A stretch of 64,000 bases of DNA from the human T2T-CHM13v2.0 reference genome, Homo sapiens (GCF_009914755.1 NC_060933.1), one strand, 5' to 3'. Shown: positions 28,201-41,757, counted from the first letter of the stretch. Program-made: numbers and translations. Notes: generated from the sequence alone by a model not told the origin.

Positions 28201-28512
28201 TCTCAGCTTTCTCTCTCTGGTATAAAACTAGAGATTAAGTTAGTGCTCATGGAAATCATGCAACATATCTGAACTCAAACAGATGTCATACATGGTACCC
28301 TTTCCCTTTTAACTAAAAATATTTTCACCTGCCCTGAGAACTCCTCTTTGAAGCTGTAAATGTGGATACACCAGATGACTCCTTGTCAGCAGTTTTGGTA
28401 GTCAGAAAACAAAAACGTGTGTTTTCTTCATTTTGTTTATCATCAGGAGGTCTAGCTAAAAACCAATGCCATATGGCTCTCTAAATTAGTGGTTTCATCA
28501 GGCTGGTATTTT

Positions 28513-28709
28513 AGCTAACAATGGGAACTACTTATAACCCACAAACTATCTCATCCTTACTGCAAGACACAAAACATCTGGATATGCCTACATTACACAT
28601 GTGGACATCTCCAGGTCAGTATATTTTGGCCTGTAGACCGAGAACCATTTTTCTATTGTCAAGACAGGAGGAACATCTTTTCCACTGATAGATCAATGTG
28701 GTGATGCCA
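28513..28709. repeat. Left arm of a long inverted repeat; the right arm is 29182-29371
   Basis: Manual reverse-complement alignment gives about 23 mismatches over 190 bp plus one 7-bp indel. Confidence 0.95.
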
Positions 28710-29105
28710 CACGGTTCCACTTACTCTTTGGCCCTCTTATGACCTAACTCATAGGTTCCTGGGTAGGTCTCCTAGTAAGTTTGGGCAGGATTAAGAGCAG
28801 ATAGCAACACCTAGAATTACTTTGTTAACTTCATCATTGCCTGGAAAGAGGTAGATTTAAGGCATCAATTGATTAGTAACTAGATAAGGCAAACTGCTTT
28901 TTTCACCATCAGCGAGTAATGAGATAATAAGTTAGAGGCAGTGGGTTTGTGTCATAAATAGATTTGAGCTGATATTTTCATTGCAGACCCCAGAACACAT
29001 TGAAACATTTTGCAACAGAACCCACTGCCATCAATTCTCCTTCTGCAATAGACTTTCTGGACTTCATGGCCTAATTAGATGTGCTTCACTAAAGAAGGCT
29101 AGAGT

Positions 29106-29903
29106 TGTCTCGTTTTTCTATTATTGCATAACAAGTCACCACAAACTCAGTGGCTTCAAAGGGCACTCATTACTCTCTGAATGGCATCATCACATTGATC
29201 CATCAGTGGCAAAAATGTTCCTTCTATCTTGACAATAGAAAAGTGGTTCTCGGTCCAAGATATACTGATTTGGAGATGTTCACATGTGTGACGTAGACAT
29301 ATCCAGATGTTTTGTGTCTTGTGGCAAAGAGGAGATAGTTTGTGGGTTATGTGCAGTTCCCACTGTTAGCTCACAGTTCTGAGGTCAAAAATACAGGCAC
29401 GTTGTGTTTTTCTGTTCAGGGTCTCACAAGGCTAAAGTCAAGGTGAGAACCAGGCTGTGTTCTCACCTGGAGTGGGGTGTCCTCTTCTAAGGTTACATCC
29501 AGTGAGTTGCAGTTGCAGGACTGAGTTCCCAGTTTCATTGCTGTCTGTCAGCCAGGAGCCACTCTCACATCTATTCAGTGGCTTTAAAGTGTTGAATTAA
29601 TCATTCCTAAAGGCCACTCATAATCCTTGCTGCATGGCCCTTTCTGTCTTCTAAGTCAGCATTAGAGACTCTCTATGTCAATCTCTGTCACCCTTCAAAT
29701 CTATTTCTCCAGTCCCTTTCAAGGGATCATCACCTGATTGGGTCAGGCAGACCAAGGATAGTTTTCCTTTCCTAACACAAACTGAACCATATAGCATAAC
29801 CTAATCATGGGAGTGACTATTTCATCAGAGTCAAAGTCCCAGAGATTATAAAGGGTATGTACACCAGGGGCCTGGAATATTGGGGGGGTATCTTATCATT
29901 CTG
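29106..29903 (-). mobile_element. MLT1E-like MaLR LTR carrying two foreign inserts (29182-29371 and 29568-29603)
   Basis: gcataacaagtcaccacaaactcagtggctt...cacagttctgaggtc...cagggtctcacaaggctaaagtcaaggtg...acaccaggggcctggaatattgggggg. Confidence 0.8.
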
Positions 29904-30578
29904 AATTGTTATGTTTGACTGAGATGCATTTGTTCTGTTGAGACCTGCAGGGGTGAGATGAAATCCCTGTGGGTGAAGAACGTTCCTAAGGATGAGGTCA
30001 TCCACCCAGATAAGGGCCGGATTCCTTAGACAGGAAACAGGAATTAGGAGAGTGGGATTGAAAGGATGGAAGAGACAATGTCGCTCCTTTCCTTGGTCTT
30101 TACTTTGAGAAACTTGAATGTCTAAGAGTTCACTCCAGTAGTGTAGGTTAGAGATGACCACTGCCATTGGGCACAACCTGGTGCTGGGCAGGAAGGGACC
30201 CCTGGGAGGAGCCACAGGCTCAAAATGAGCAATCTCCATTTTATAAGCCAGAAATTGAAAAGATAGTACCTATTTTTATTTCTCTTTTGCTCCGCTCTTG
30301 CCTCAAGAAACCTTTTTGTTTGTTTGGTTTTTGTGCATTCCTATTGTTCAGCCAATTATAAGGGGCACACATGTATCAGAGTGCTAAAGGAAGAAAAACT
30401 ACTCTTCCAAGCTAATATGCTAGTAGCAGAAATTTCCAGCAAAAAATCACTCAGGGGAATGTGGATCCTATACAGAGAACCAAGATTGGAGCTGTGTAGC
30501 CCAGCATCTTTTCCTGCCCATGCTCTCTTTCCCTATATGTGACAGAGGATGCCTGGGTTTCATTTATTAAAGAAAGTA

Positions 30579-30889
<311 letters not shown>

Positions 30890-31063
30890 CTATTGATTAA
30901 TATGCATTCATGGAAAAGGCAAGGTCATTTGTGGACTGTGCTAAGAAGCTTTAATGCGCCCGCCACATTTCCTTCTCTACCCCTGCTCCCCACTTCCATA
31001 TGCTACCATTATAGTTAATTCCAAGTCACCAGATTTGGCATCTATTCAGTGGCTTTAAAGTGT

Positions 31064-31584
31064 TGAATTAATCACGCCTTGTTATTTTCTGTTTCTCCAA
31101 TGCTTTTGTGTCTTGGTGCCTTGCTAAACCTAGAGACTGCTCCTCCCCAGGCTAGCAGATTCCTAGAGACAGTAAACAACCCACCTGACAGCACACCTTT
31201 CCTATGCAAACCAACCAATCCTGAGCCCAGACAACGTTGCCACCCCCACCTCCTCTAACTGGCTCTCACACTCCAAGCCGCTTTTCCCCTTCCTTAATCA
31301 CTCCAGGGCCAGGTACCTGAGGCCTAGAGAAAGTCCCTACTCTCCAGGGCCTGCTGAAATTACTCAAAATAGCCAATCCTGATCCTGTTTGCCCTGTCTT
31401 GCCCATTTCTTACTGTGGAAACCATCCTTCCTCATGCTTCTTTTTGCTTCCTCTGCCTCCTAACAGGCCCCAGTGCTCCCCTATGTGGTCCTGTGTGGCC
31501 TGGCATGCCCAGCTCCTTTTGGGAACGCTGAGTAACACACTGTCTTTTCAGTGGCAGTAATCATCTGATCTGTTGCCCTCACCA
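31064..31584 (+). mobile_element. MER74-family ERVL LTR
   Basis: tgaattaatcacg start; ttcctagagacagtaaacaa, tatgcaaaccaaccaatcc, agccaatcctga, tcttttcagtggcagt. Confidence 0.8.
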
Positions 31585-31916
31585 GCTTCCAGATGCGCTG
31601 CAGGTTTCCTGGCCCAAGATAATGCAGTGACGTCCTTCTGGTGATATCATTGCAGTTTCCCCCATAAAAGACATTCTTTGTGAGAAGAAAATTGCAGTGG
31701 TGTATATGAACAGTGTGAATTCCAGACACTTCTCTGTTGGCCACTTTGTTGACCCAAAGAGTAGGGCAACAAAAGGTGGCAATTTGGTGCCTGTGATTGT
31801 GTAAATTGAATTCATCTCAAAGCAAGCAGGGACATTTTCTAACATCAAACCTTCCTCTAGTAAATGATACACAGTGGGTTCTGGAATCTGCCTTTGAACA
31901 GAGTTGAGGGTACTAG

Positions 31917-32470
31917 TGTCAGAGGCGTGGGAACCAGAGCAACTCCATCTTGAATAGGAGCTGGGTAAAGTGAGGCCTAGACCTGCTGGGCTGCATTCCC
32001 AGATGGTTAAGGCATTCTAAGTCACAGGATGAGGTAAGAGGTCAGCACAAGATACAGGTCATAAAGACTTTGCTGATAAAACAGGTTGCAGTAAAGAAGC
32101 CAGTTAAAACCCACCAAAACCAAGATGGCTACGAGACTGACCGCTGGTCATCCCCACTGCTACACTCCCACCAGCACTGTGACAGTTTACAAATGCCATG
32201 GCCATGTCAGGAAGTTACCCTATATGGTCTAAAAATGGGAGGCATGAATAATCCACCCTTTGTTTGGCATATCATCAAGAAATAACCACAAAAATGGGCA
32301 ACCAGCAGCCCTCAGGGCTGCTCTGTCTATGGAGTAACCATTCTTTTATTTCTATACTTTCTTAACAAACTTGCTTTCACTTTATTCTACAGACTTGCCC
32401 TAAATTCTTTCTTGCGTGACAAATAAGAACCCTCTCTTGGGGTCTGGATCTGGACCCCTTTCCTGTAACA
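31917..32470 (+). mobile_element. MER41A solo LTR (ERV1)
   Basis: tgtcagaggcg...gcaactccatcttgaatagg start and cctttcctgtaaca end; 554 bp; flanks ctag/ctaa. Confidence 0.92.
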
Positions 32471-32623
32471 CTAACACCAAGAAGGGACCCAGGTGCCCTC
32501 CTGGATCAAGTTATTCTCCTATTTAAGTTTTCCATTGGCTTTCTGTCAATCTCAATAACTGATTTAACTTTTGTAACTTTCCAAAAACACTTTTCATTAT
32601 AATGAATAATCTAGTGAAGGCCC

Positions 32624-33010
32624 TGTTATGGTTTGAATGTGTCTCTTCCAAAATTCAGGTTCTGCCAGTGTGATCGTATTAAGGAGTGGGGCCTGTAAGA
32701 GGTGATTAGACCATGAGGGCTCCTCCCTCGTGAATGGGATTGGGTCCCCTTATAGAAGGGCCTGATAAAGGGAATTATTTGTGCCAGTTTTGGTCTTTTG
32801 AATTCTGCCATGTGAAGATGCAGCATTTCTCCCCTCTGGAGGACTCGGCATTCAAGGTGCCATCTTAGAAGCAAGGAGGAGCCCTCACCAGATGCTGGCG
32901 TCTTGAACTTGTATTTCTCAGTCTCCAGAACTGAGAGGAATAAATTTCTGCTCTTTACAAATTACCTAATCTGCAGTGTTCTGTTATAGCAACACAAATG
33001 GATTAAGACA
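32624..33010 (+). mobile_element. MSTC-like MaLR LTR
   Basis: tgttatggtttgaatgtgtc...gcagcatttctcccctctggagga...ggattaagaca. Confidence 0.82.
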
Positions 33011-34139
33011 GTTCCTTAAGAACTTTTTTGATTATTCGTTAAATTTTTTAATGAATGAGGAAAAAATTATCTCAAGTAAAATGTTTTATTTTATATAGGT
33101 ATATTTTCATAGGTTATAAAATTAACTTCTAAAACAAAAAGTTAATATTCGTGGTATATAAAGACAAGTTTCAACTTTTTCCCAGTTAATGTGACTCTTG
33201 CCCTCAGGTGAGTGTAAATTAATTTTGTAAGAAAAAGCATTATTTGTTGATGAGCATATTACCAATGATGTATTATATTTTGTTTGGTTTGGGTAAAAAT
33301 GTATATTAAATTGCAGACTGATATTGAACTGTTTGTCTTAGCTTTGCAATTGAAACAAATGTCCTTTTATGACCTGATATCTGGAATTCTGGAACTTTAC
33401 ACTTAAAAATTATTTTGTTTATTTTTTAAAAAATAATTGTATTATTTAAAAAATAATTATATTATAGATATTTTATATATTATATAATATATATTTATAT
33501 ATTATATATAAATATATATATAAATAATTGCATTGTTTCTAAGAGATGAAAATAAAAGGTTTCAGACCTTTGACTACAATCATTTTACAAATGAAGCATT
33601 GTGAGTGTAAGTGGTCCTTATTATTATTAAATGTAATGTAAAAGTGAATATAAACATGAATGTCTTCTCTTTCCACCTTGTGTTTTGAAGTCCCTGGTGT
33701 GCTACAGAAGGATTTGGATTAGAGCCATGTTTTCTGATCTGGTGATGATGGTCTGGAGGTAATTTTTCAGAATTATTTTCACTTTTAGTCTCCTCATTAA
33801 TGTGCTCTGTTTTGACTCCTTTGTTCCTTATGATTCTTCATCAAAGCAACAATTCATATGTTAAGCTTCTGTATGGCCAAAACCCAAAACAATTAATAAT
33901 TTTAAGCCAAGTAGTAATTTTAAGCCTGTTCATTGGCCTCCATTAATTGCCATGCACACTGGCTGCCTTTTTTAAGGCAATAAAAGAAATATATCATTTA
34001 TTAATTATCTTAATAGAACTTTAAATAGATCCTATAGCATCTTTGATAGCTGGATCTCCAGGAACACCTTCTTGAACCCCTGGAGGGGGTCTATGACCCA
34101 CCTGTTGGAAAATGCTGATGAGTGTGCTAAAGTCCCAGC

Positions 34140-34485
34140 TACTTAACAATGCATTTGTGACCTTGTGTCTGGCCCTTGCCTATCTCTCCAGCCACATCCA
34201 CATAATGCTCCTCAAATAAACTGCTAGAGTCCCCAGCACATACCTTGATGTGTGATCTTCCTCAGCCCTTGTGCGTGGGCCTTCCCTGCTCTCCAAGCCC
34301 AAATGAGCATCCACCCTTCTGTGTCTGCCTCTCTTGCTGGACTGAGAGCTCCTAGTCACCAGAGACTCTATCTTGTTTATTTTGTAACTACAGTGGTAAG
34401 CCCAGCCAGCACCTGGCAGAAAGTAGGCACTCATTAAATGTTAGTTGAGTAAATTAAGGAATGAATGGATGGATGAACAAATGAA
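34140..34485 (+). mobile_element. L2 3' fragment
   Basis: tctggcccttgcctatctctccagcc...cacctggcagaaagtaggcactcattaaatgttagttga. Confidence 0.75.
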
Positions 34486-36339
34486 AGAGTTAAAAGCCAA
34501 AAAAGAAAAAGCACAAAAATCCACCTTTAATGGTGAAGTGGGATGCCTGCCTAGTGCATCCATGCTGCTTTTTTGGAAGTGGCTAAAGAGATGAGTTTAA
34601 ATGGTCATGTTTAAGCCAGGTGACCCTGTCCGGGCCATTATGGCTGGCTGATTAGACCAAAGTGACATGTGGCCACATGGAACCAGGCATCAGATCTCTA
34701 TATCATGAATTGAATGAAGAGACCCGGAAGCTGTATCAGGATGCTAATGGTACTGGAGTCATGAGGTCCAGTAGAATTGGGGGCCACAGCCATTGCCATG
34801 GCAACCCACCACACCAGGCAAGCCTAGGTTGTGGAGAATAGAAACCAAGAGACACTGGGGGAGTCCTGCTGCAGAGAGGCCAAAGGAGGAGGCTCCATCT
34901 GTGAAACTGACTCCACATCTCAAAGCCTAACATTTCCATGAAGCATTAGGAAATGCCAGGAATTCTGAACAGAAGGAAATCAACTTTAAATGCTTTTGAT
35001 TAGCATCTTCTTATCACTGACAAGCCCCGTTGAGGTGCAGCCAACACCTCAGGAGAGAACAGGATAGATGGCCATCACTGGACTTATGTTTCCGAATAAA
35101 TGTCTTAAAGTATCCTTCTAGTTCACACAAAATCCCACTTCATCCAAATTTTGTTCTGACCAGTTTGGAACTGTAACCAATTCATGTCTCCCAAGTAAAC
35201 TGGACATTTTGTGCTGTCAAATACGTTGGTTTAATAATGAATTCAGGTTAAAGGTGAATTTATTATTTTCCTCCTTATAAGAATAAGCATCTCAGAAAAC
35301 ATCCAGGAACAACCATGTCTGCTGTTTCCTGGTGAGCCTCCCTTGAATGGTACACATTCCTGCCAGTGTTGATCCACTCCCTTACAGGTATTTCTGGGCC
35401 TCACCTTCCCTTCTGTGGATATTAAAGAACAGCATTTTTTTTTTTTTCCTGTAGTGATATTTTCATTGAACTCTCAGGTAAGAGCTCCTGCAACACCAGC
35501 TCTATGCTCGTCTGTGAGTGTTCGGGGGGACTGGTGATGTTATGAAATGGCCTTGTGCCATTATTCTGGAAAAGCATCTTTACTCCTGGCTGTAATGGGA
35601 TGCCCTGAGCTCGCTGCCAGGTGGCAGATGAGAGACACACTTCTATGCTGCCTTCTGACAGGCATTGAAGCATAGGCTCTCCGGAGACCTGCTATCCTTT
35701 TGCAGAATTTCCCTTCTACTCTCCTAAAGTGGATCCCAGGGTGTTGTGAGATCTTTGCAATCTGAGGGTAGTGGGGAATGTGCACAGATGGACAGTCAGT
35801 CATCATCGTAGGCAGTGCACTGTGTATCCATGCTGGCTAGCCATCTCTGCTTCTTTGAAACTTGGAAGTGTTCTGATCTGAGTATGGGATGTGATGAAGC
35901 GGACACTGAAAGGCTGCGGTTTTTAGTCCAATGTAAGTGTCAAATGTTCTTTCAGAGCTGTGATTAGAACAAACATTAACTACTTCATTCATGAAAAAAA
36001 GTTTTTTAAATCCATACTTTTGATTCAATAATGCCATTTCTAGAAATCTGTCCTAAAGAAATACCAGTACTATGAAAAATCCAAGCAATTTTACGAATGA
36101 AGATGTTTAGCATGGTAATATCAAAAGGATAAAAAAATAGAAAGGTGTGGAAAATTATAATATATTAATGCATTGATATGCAGCACAAAGAGAAAAACAA
36201 ACACATGTAAGTATTAGGCACATGCAGAAGTAAATAGAAAGCAACTTCTGGAAGAAGAGCAAAATATTTCATGTATTCTGTCATTACAATCAAGGTGCAT
36301 CTACACAGGTAGATTTAATCCATAAAGATTGTATTAAAC

Positions 36340-37427
36340 TATCGGAGAATCTGTCAGATATGGTGAATATCTGCCCCAATATTTACGTAGGTTCTTTTCT
36401 ATTTTCCTTAAGCATCGGCCAGCTTGAGAAAAAAAGGGACAGAGTACAAAAGAGAGAAATTTTAAAGCTGGGCGTCTGGGGGAGACATCACATGTCGGTA
36501 GGTTCCGTGATGCCCCACAAGCCGCAAAAACCAGCAAGTTTTTATTAGGGAGTTTCAAAAGGGGAGGGAGTATGCGAATAGGTGTGGGTCACAGATATCA
36601 AGTACTTTACAAGGTAATAGAATATCATGAGGCAAGTGGAGGCAGGGCAAGATCACAGGACCACATGACCGAGGCGAAATTAAATTTGCTAATGAAGTTT
36701 CGGGCACCATTGTCATTGATAACATCTTATCAGGAGACAGGGTTTTGAGATCAACCGGTCTGACCAAAATTTATTAGGCGGGAATTTCCTCTTCCTAATA
36801 AGCCTGGGAGCGCTATGGGAGACTGGAGTCTATTTCACCTCTGCAGTCTCGACCATAAGAGACAACCACGCCCAGGCGGGCCAGTTCAGAGACCCACCCC
36901 CAGGTGCGCATTCTCTTTCTCAGGGATGTTCCATGCTGAGAAAAAGAATTCAGTGATATTTCTCCCATTTGCTTTTGAGAGAAGAGAAATATGGCTCTGT
37001 TCTGCCCGGCTCACCGGCGGTCAGAGTTTAAGATTATCTCTCTTATTCCCTGAACAATTGCTGTTATCCTGTTCTTTTTTCAAGGTGCCCACATTTCATA
37101 TTACTCAAACACACATGCTGTACAATTTGTGCAGTTAATGCAATTATTACAGGGTCCTGAGGCGATATACATCCTCCTAAGCTGACAGGATTAAGAGATT
37201 AAAGTAAAGACAGGCATAGGAAATCACAAGGGTATTGATTGGGGAAGTGATGTGTCCATGAAATCTTTACAATTTATGTTTAGAGATTGCAGTAAAGACA
37301 GGCATAAGAAATAACAAAAGTATTAATTTGGGGAACTAATAAATGCCCATGAAATCTTCACAATCTACGTTCTTCTGCCATGGCTTCAGCCGGTCCCTCT
37401 GTTTGGGGTCCCTGACTTCCCACAACA
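36340..37427 (-). mobile_element. MER11A solo LTR (HERV-K11/HML8), full length, 1088 bp
   Basis: Ends ggggtccctgacttcccacaaca, the reverse complement of the MER11 start. Perfect 6-bp TSD ttaaac at 36334-36339 and 37428-37433. Confidence 0.92.
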
Positions 37428-37478
37428 TTAAACCTCAATTTAAAAAATATTTATTGAGAAAAAACTCAACAAAAATTA

Positions 37479-37928
<450 letters not shown>

Positions 37929-38011
37929 TTAGGAAAAAAAGCACCAAGTCTGTCCTTAGGGGGACATTGTGCCTCCACCAGCAAGAACATCCATCTTAAA
38001 TATATGTAGTC

Positions 38012-38300
38012 CTGAGCCAGGTGCAGAAGGTCACACATTGTATTATTCCATTTACATGAAATACTAAAAATAGGTAGATCCAAAGAGACAGAATACAGAA
38101 TGGTGGTTGTCAGGGGCTTGAGGGAGGGGGAAAGGGGAACTGCTTAATGAGTATAGGGTTTTATTCTGGAGAGAGAGAAATGTATGGGAACCAGACAGAT
38201 GTGGTGGTTGCACACTATTTTGAATGTACTAAATTACTGAATTGTCCACTTTAGAATGATTAATTTTATGCTATGTGAAATTCATATCCATACATATTTT
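38012..38300 (+). mobile_element. L1MB 3'UTR fragment
   Basis: cagaaggtcacacattgtattattccattta...gtggtggttgcacac...tgaatgtactaaattactgaattgtccactt. Confidence 0.8.
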
Positions 38301-38503
38301 AAAGAAGCTTTTTAAAATGATGCATGCTGGGGCTCCAGTCTAGAGGACCTGTATGGTATTGAAGTTTTCCAGTCAGATGGTCAGTCAAAAACAAGTCATA
38401 GAGAACTGCCCAACTCTGACTACCCAATTTGCAATGTTAGCAGACAAACTGTATAAAATCAACAATGTCATGACAGTACTGTAGCTTGTATTTGAGAAAT
38501 TTA

Positions 38504-39061
<558 letters not shown>

Positions 39062-39899
39062 TTAAAATATGGACCAACACCATTGGTTAAGAAGAAATGG
39101 TTCTAATCACTATACAGAGACCAGATACAATATTTTATCAAAATTATAAAGAACAGATTTACCCCATTTGTTGTCTTTGAAATTTCCTTTAACTGGATCC
39201 CATTTTTACCATCAGAAAAGGTTTCACTGAGTAGCAGATCTTTTAGGAGCCTTCAACACTTCTGAAACTGCTCAAAGATAACCAGTCTTACAGAGCTGTT
39301 GGTGAAATCACAGAACTACAAAAACGCTCCAAAATGTGTTAACATGCAGAAGCCGCTGGCCATGCAAAACAGGTACAAAGGACAATCTCAAATGAAATGA
39401 AGGGAAAAACACGCAGGAGTTCCCTTCTGTAGACTCATTTGTCCTCTGCAGAGGTAGGTGAATTACCAAGAGAAAGCTTTGCAGTTTGCAAAGGTGTTTG
39501 AAAGATAAATGCAGTCTTTTGCTTGGTTGTATTAAGTTAGAGAACATTCCTCGTATTAGGATTCTTTTCTAGGACATTATGGCTGGTAATTTTAGGTTTG
39601 TCTGTTCTAGGAAACGTTCCTTTTGGGGGAAATGTGCATCTGTCGAAATTTAAGCAATCAGTATCTGCACATTAGGGTGAGGTTTTCACCTTTTTGTTCT
39701 CAGAAATATGGAAAATGAGGGAGGATCACACGGGTCTGGTAACACCCCACTTTTCCTTTCAGCGGTTTAATCACACGGGAGGTCTCGCATTTCATCAGGG
39801 TGTGAAATGCCTTATATTTCTCCTGGTTTCTTTTTTCCTCTTGCACAATGAATGCAAGTGCAGGAACGTGAATGCGACCCTTCCCCACCACACACAGGC

Positions 39900-40620
39900 T
39901 CTCTCCCACCCCCTGCCAGCTATCCCTGCTCTGACCTCCCCGGGCCTCCCTAAGGGGACGATGCCCCTTCCTCCGCAAGTGGCAGTCCTGCAGCCCGGGC
40001 CCTCTTTCCTCTTCCCCCGGCCTCTGCGGGGGCGCGCGGGCTGGGAAAGGGACGAAATGGAAAAACCGTCCCCTCCAGCACCCTCACCTCCACCGCCACC
40101 CTCACCTCCACCGCCGCCGAGCCCGGGGTCAAAGCTGCCCCATCTCACAGGGCCTTCCCAGCGCGCGGCACCAAGACCCCCATTTCTATGCACCCTGGAA
40201 AGGGTGATTAATTTAAAGTGAGTGGAGTCTGTTTCTTTAAGACAAGCTCATAAATCGTGAAAGATCACCACTTCTTTTCAAAAGCCTCTCCACGGTCTGA
40301 GTCTCCCTTCTGGGTCAGTAAAGTCATTGAAGCTTTAACGGCATGCCATGGCAGATTACACGATACAGCTGTCCCGGCACCGTGAAAATTAAGTTATGCC
40401 CCGTGTCAGCAAGGGGGTTTTCCCCTTTCTTTTCTCTCCCCTCCCCCACCCCTCCTCTTTTTTTCTCTATTCCTTCCCACCCCTACTCCTCTCCATCCGC
40501 GCTTATTCTCTCCCCCTTCAACCTCGTCCCCGCCCCTCCCCTCTCCTCCCTCCTCCCAGCCTCTCCAGCGATCTCCCCTCGGCCCTTTCACCTTCCTGCC
40601 GGGAAGTGCACATCCCAGAA
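39900..40620 (+). promoter_or_regulatory. Candidate GC-rich, weakly CpG-enriched promoter
   Basis: Only transposon-free block with clustered CpG. GC box ccccgcccc at 40528-40536, kB-like GGGGTTTTCC at 40414-40423, ETS-like cores at ~40592-40608, TGATTAAT at 40205-40212, and a long C-rich tract. Confidence 0.6.
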
Positions 40621-40680
40621 CAGGCAGAAGTTGGCCCACAGGCTGCTGTGCTTTGAGCCTGGGCTATTGAGACAGTAAGT
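40600..40680 (+). other. Candidate non-coding first exon ending at splice donor ACA|GTAAGT (GT at 40675-40676); 5' end uncertain
   Basis: Consensus GTAAGT donor just downstream of the promoter-like block; no ATG in the segment. Confidence 0.45.
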
Positions 40681-41757
40681 GGAGATGATTGCCTTTCAGA
40701 GAAGAGCTGGCAAAATGGTGTCTTTTGTTCTCCACCCACCCCCCAACACACACACACACACACATCTTTTGCCTCCTTCTCTTCTGCTTATCCCCTTCTC
40801 CTCCTCCTTCCTCCTCGTGTCCTAGCCCTGAGTCGAACCCCTCCCGACCTGATGCCAGCAGCGCCCTGTCTGAGTGCTTCCACCTGCTGCTGCTCACTCC
40901 CTGTTGTTGGGCCAGCCCAGTCTGCTTGGAGGTGACTCTCCCGTCAGGTCAGCAGCAGCGGTCAAGCCTTAATTTCCTTCCAAAGTTAATCACTAGTGTA
41001 GCTGTGGCTGCTGCTCTTTTCTCTTTGCGGGAGGGGAAGGTGAAGAGAGCTCCCAGCAAAATAAGAGAGCAGCTGCTCTGCAGCCCTGAGCTCCCATGCT
41101 GATGGTGACTTATACACACATGGCCTCCTAAGAACCTTCAGGGTTCAGGGCCCACCCCCTGCCACACACACACACACAGAAAGACAGAATATAAAGCCTT
41201 TAACATCATTCACTTATAGCCCTCTCTGCTGAACAAATTGAAAAAGCAATCTAAATAAAGAAACACACATTTGTCTATTTGCATAGTCTGCATCACCCCA
41301 AGAGATGGGAAACATGCTTACAATGTGAAAAATTAAATCCTTGTAGTGCTTCTCCAGCAGGGTGAAGGGGAAGAATGCACTATTGGTTTTGAAGAGTCTG
41401 ACTGGCATTTCCTATGGGTTAAGGGACCGCCTTGTTTTGGGGTCCCCGCTCTGCCCACACACTGCCCCACTCCCTGGCTTCTCTTCTCACCACCCAGGGC
41501 CTACCTGAGCCAACTCTTTCCTGCAAAATATCCAGGAATTAAATAAAACCACCTGGTAAACTAGAGAGCAGTTGTTGACATGAAGGATATAATCGCTGTA
41601 CCATGAAAAACATTAAGGTTTTGAGAGACTGACTCAGCTGGGATGGAAACTTTTAAAGCAATCACATTTTATAATATTTTTAAAGATTAGGTGCTTTGGA
41701 GGAAACATCTAAGAGTAGGGCAAAATTTTGATTTTCTTGGTCTAAGACCCAAAAGTA

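Noticed and set aside
28513-29371. Inverted arms as terminal inverted repeats of a DNA transposon or as a pre-miRNA
   Set aside because: There is no TSD around the pair, one arm lies inside an older LTR whose start is in the spacer, and the spacer is far too long for a pre-miRNA.
31917-32470. MER41 LTR as an interferon-gamma/STAT1 enhancer
   Set aside because: This copy is the short MER41A form. It reads gggaggcatgaataat and lacks the tandem TTCNNNGAA sites carried by MER41B.
33060-34120. Possible ancient hAT/Charlie remnant in AT-rich DNA
   Set aside because: Only a terminal-like word near 34085-34117 is suggestive; family and boundaries could not be supported.
39694-40221. 175-aa proline-rich ORF and the overlapping Gly/Arg-rich antisense ORFs
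   Set aside because: They arise from GC-rich low-complexity promoter sequence and an 18-bp repeat. The start is non-ATG and there is no recognisable domain.
39900-41100. Assigning a gene symbol to the candidate promoter
   Set aside because: I do not recognise the sequence with enough certainty; it needs a genome search.
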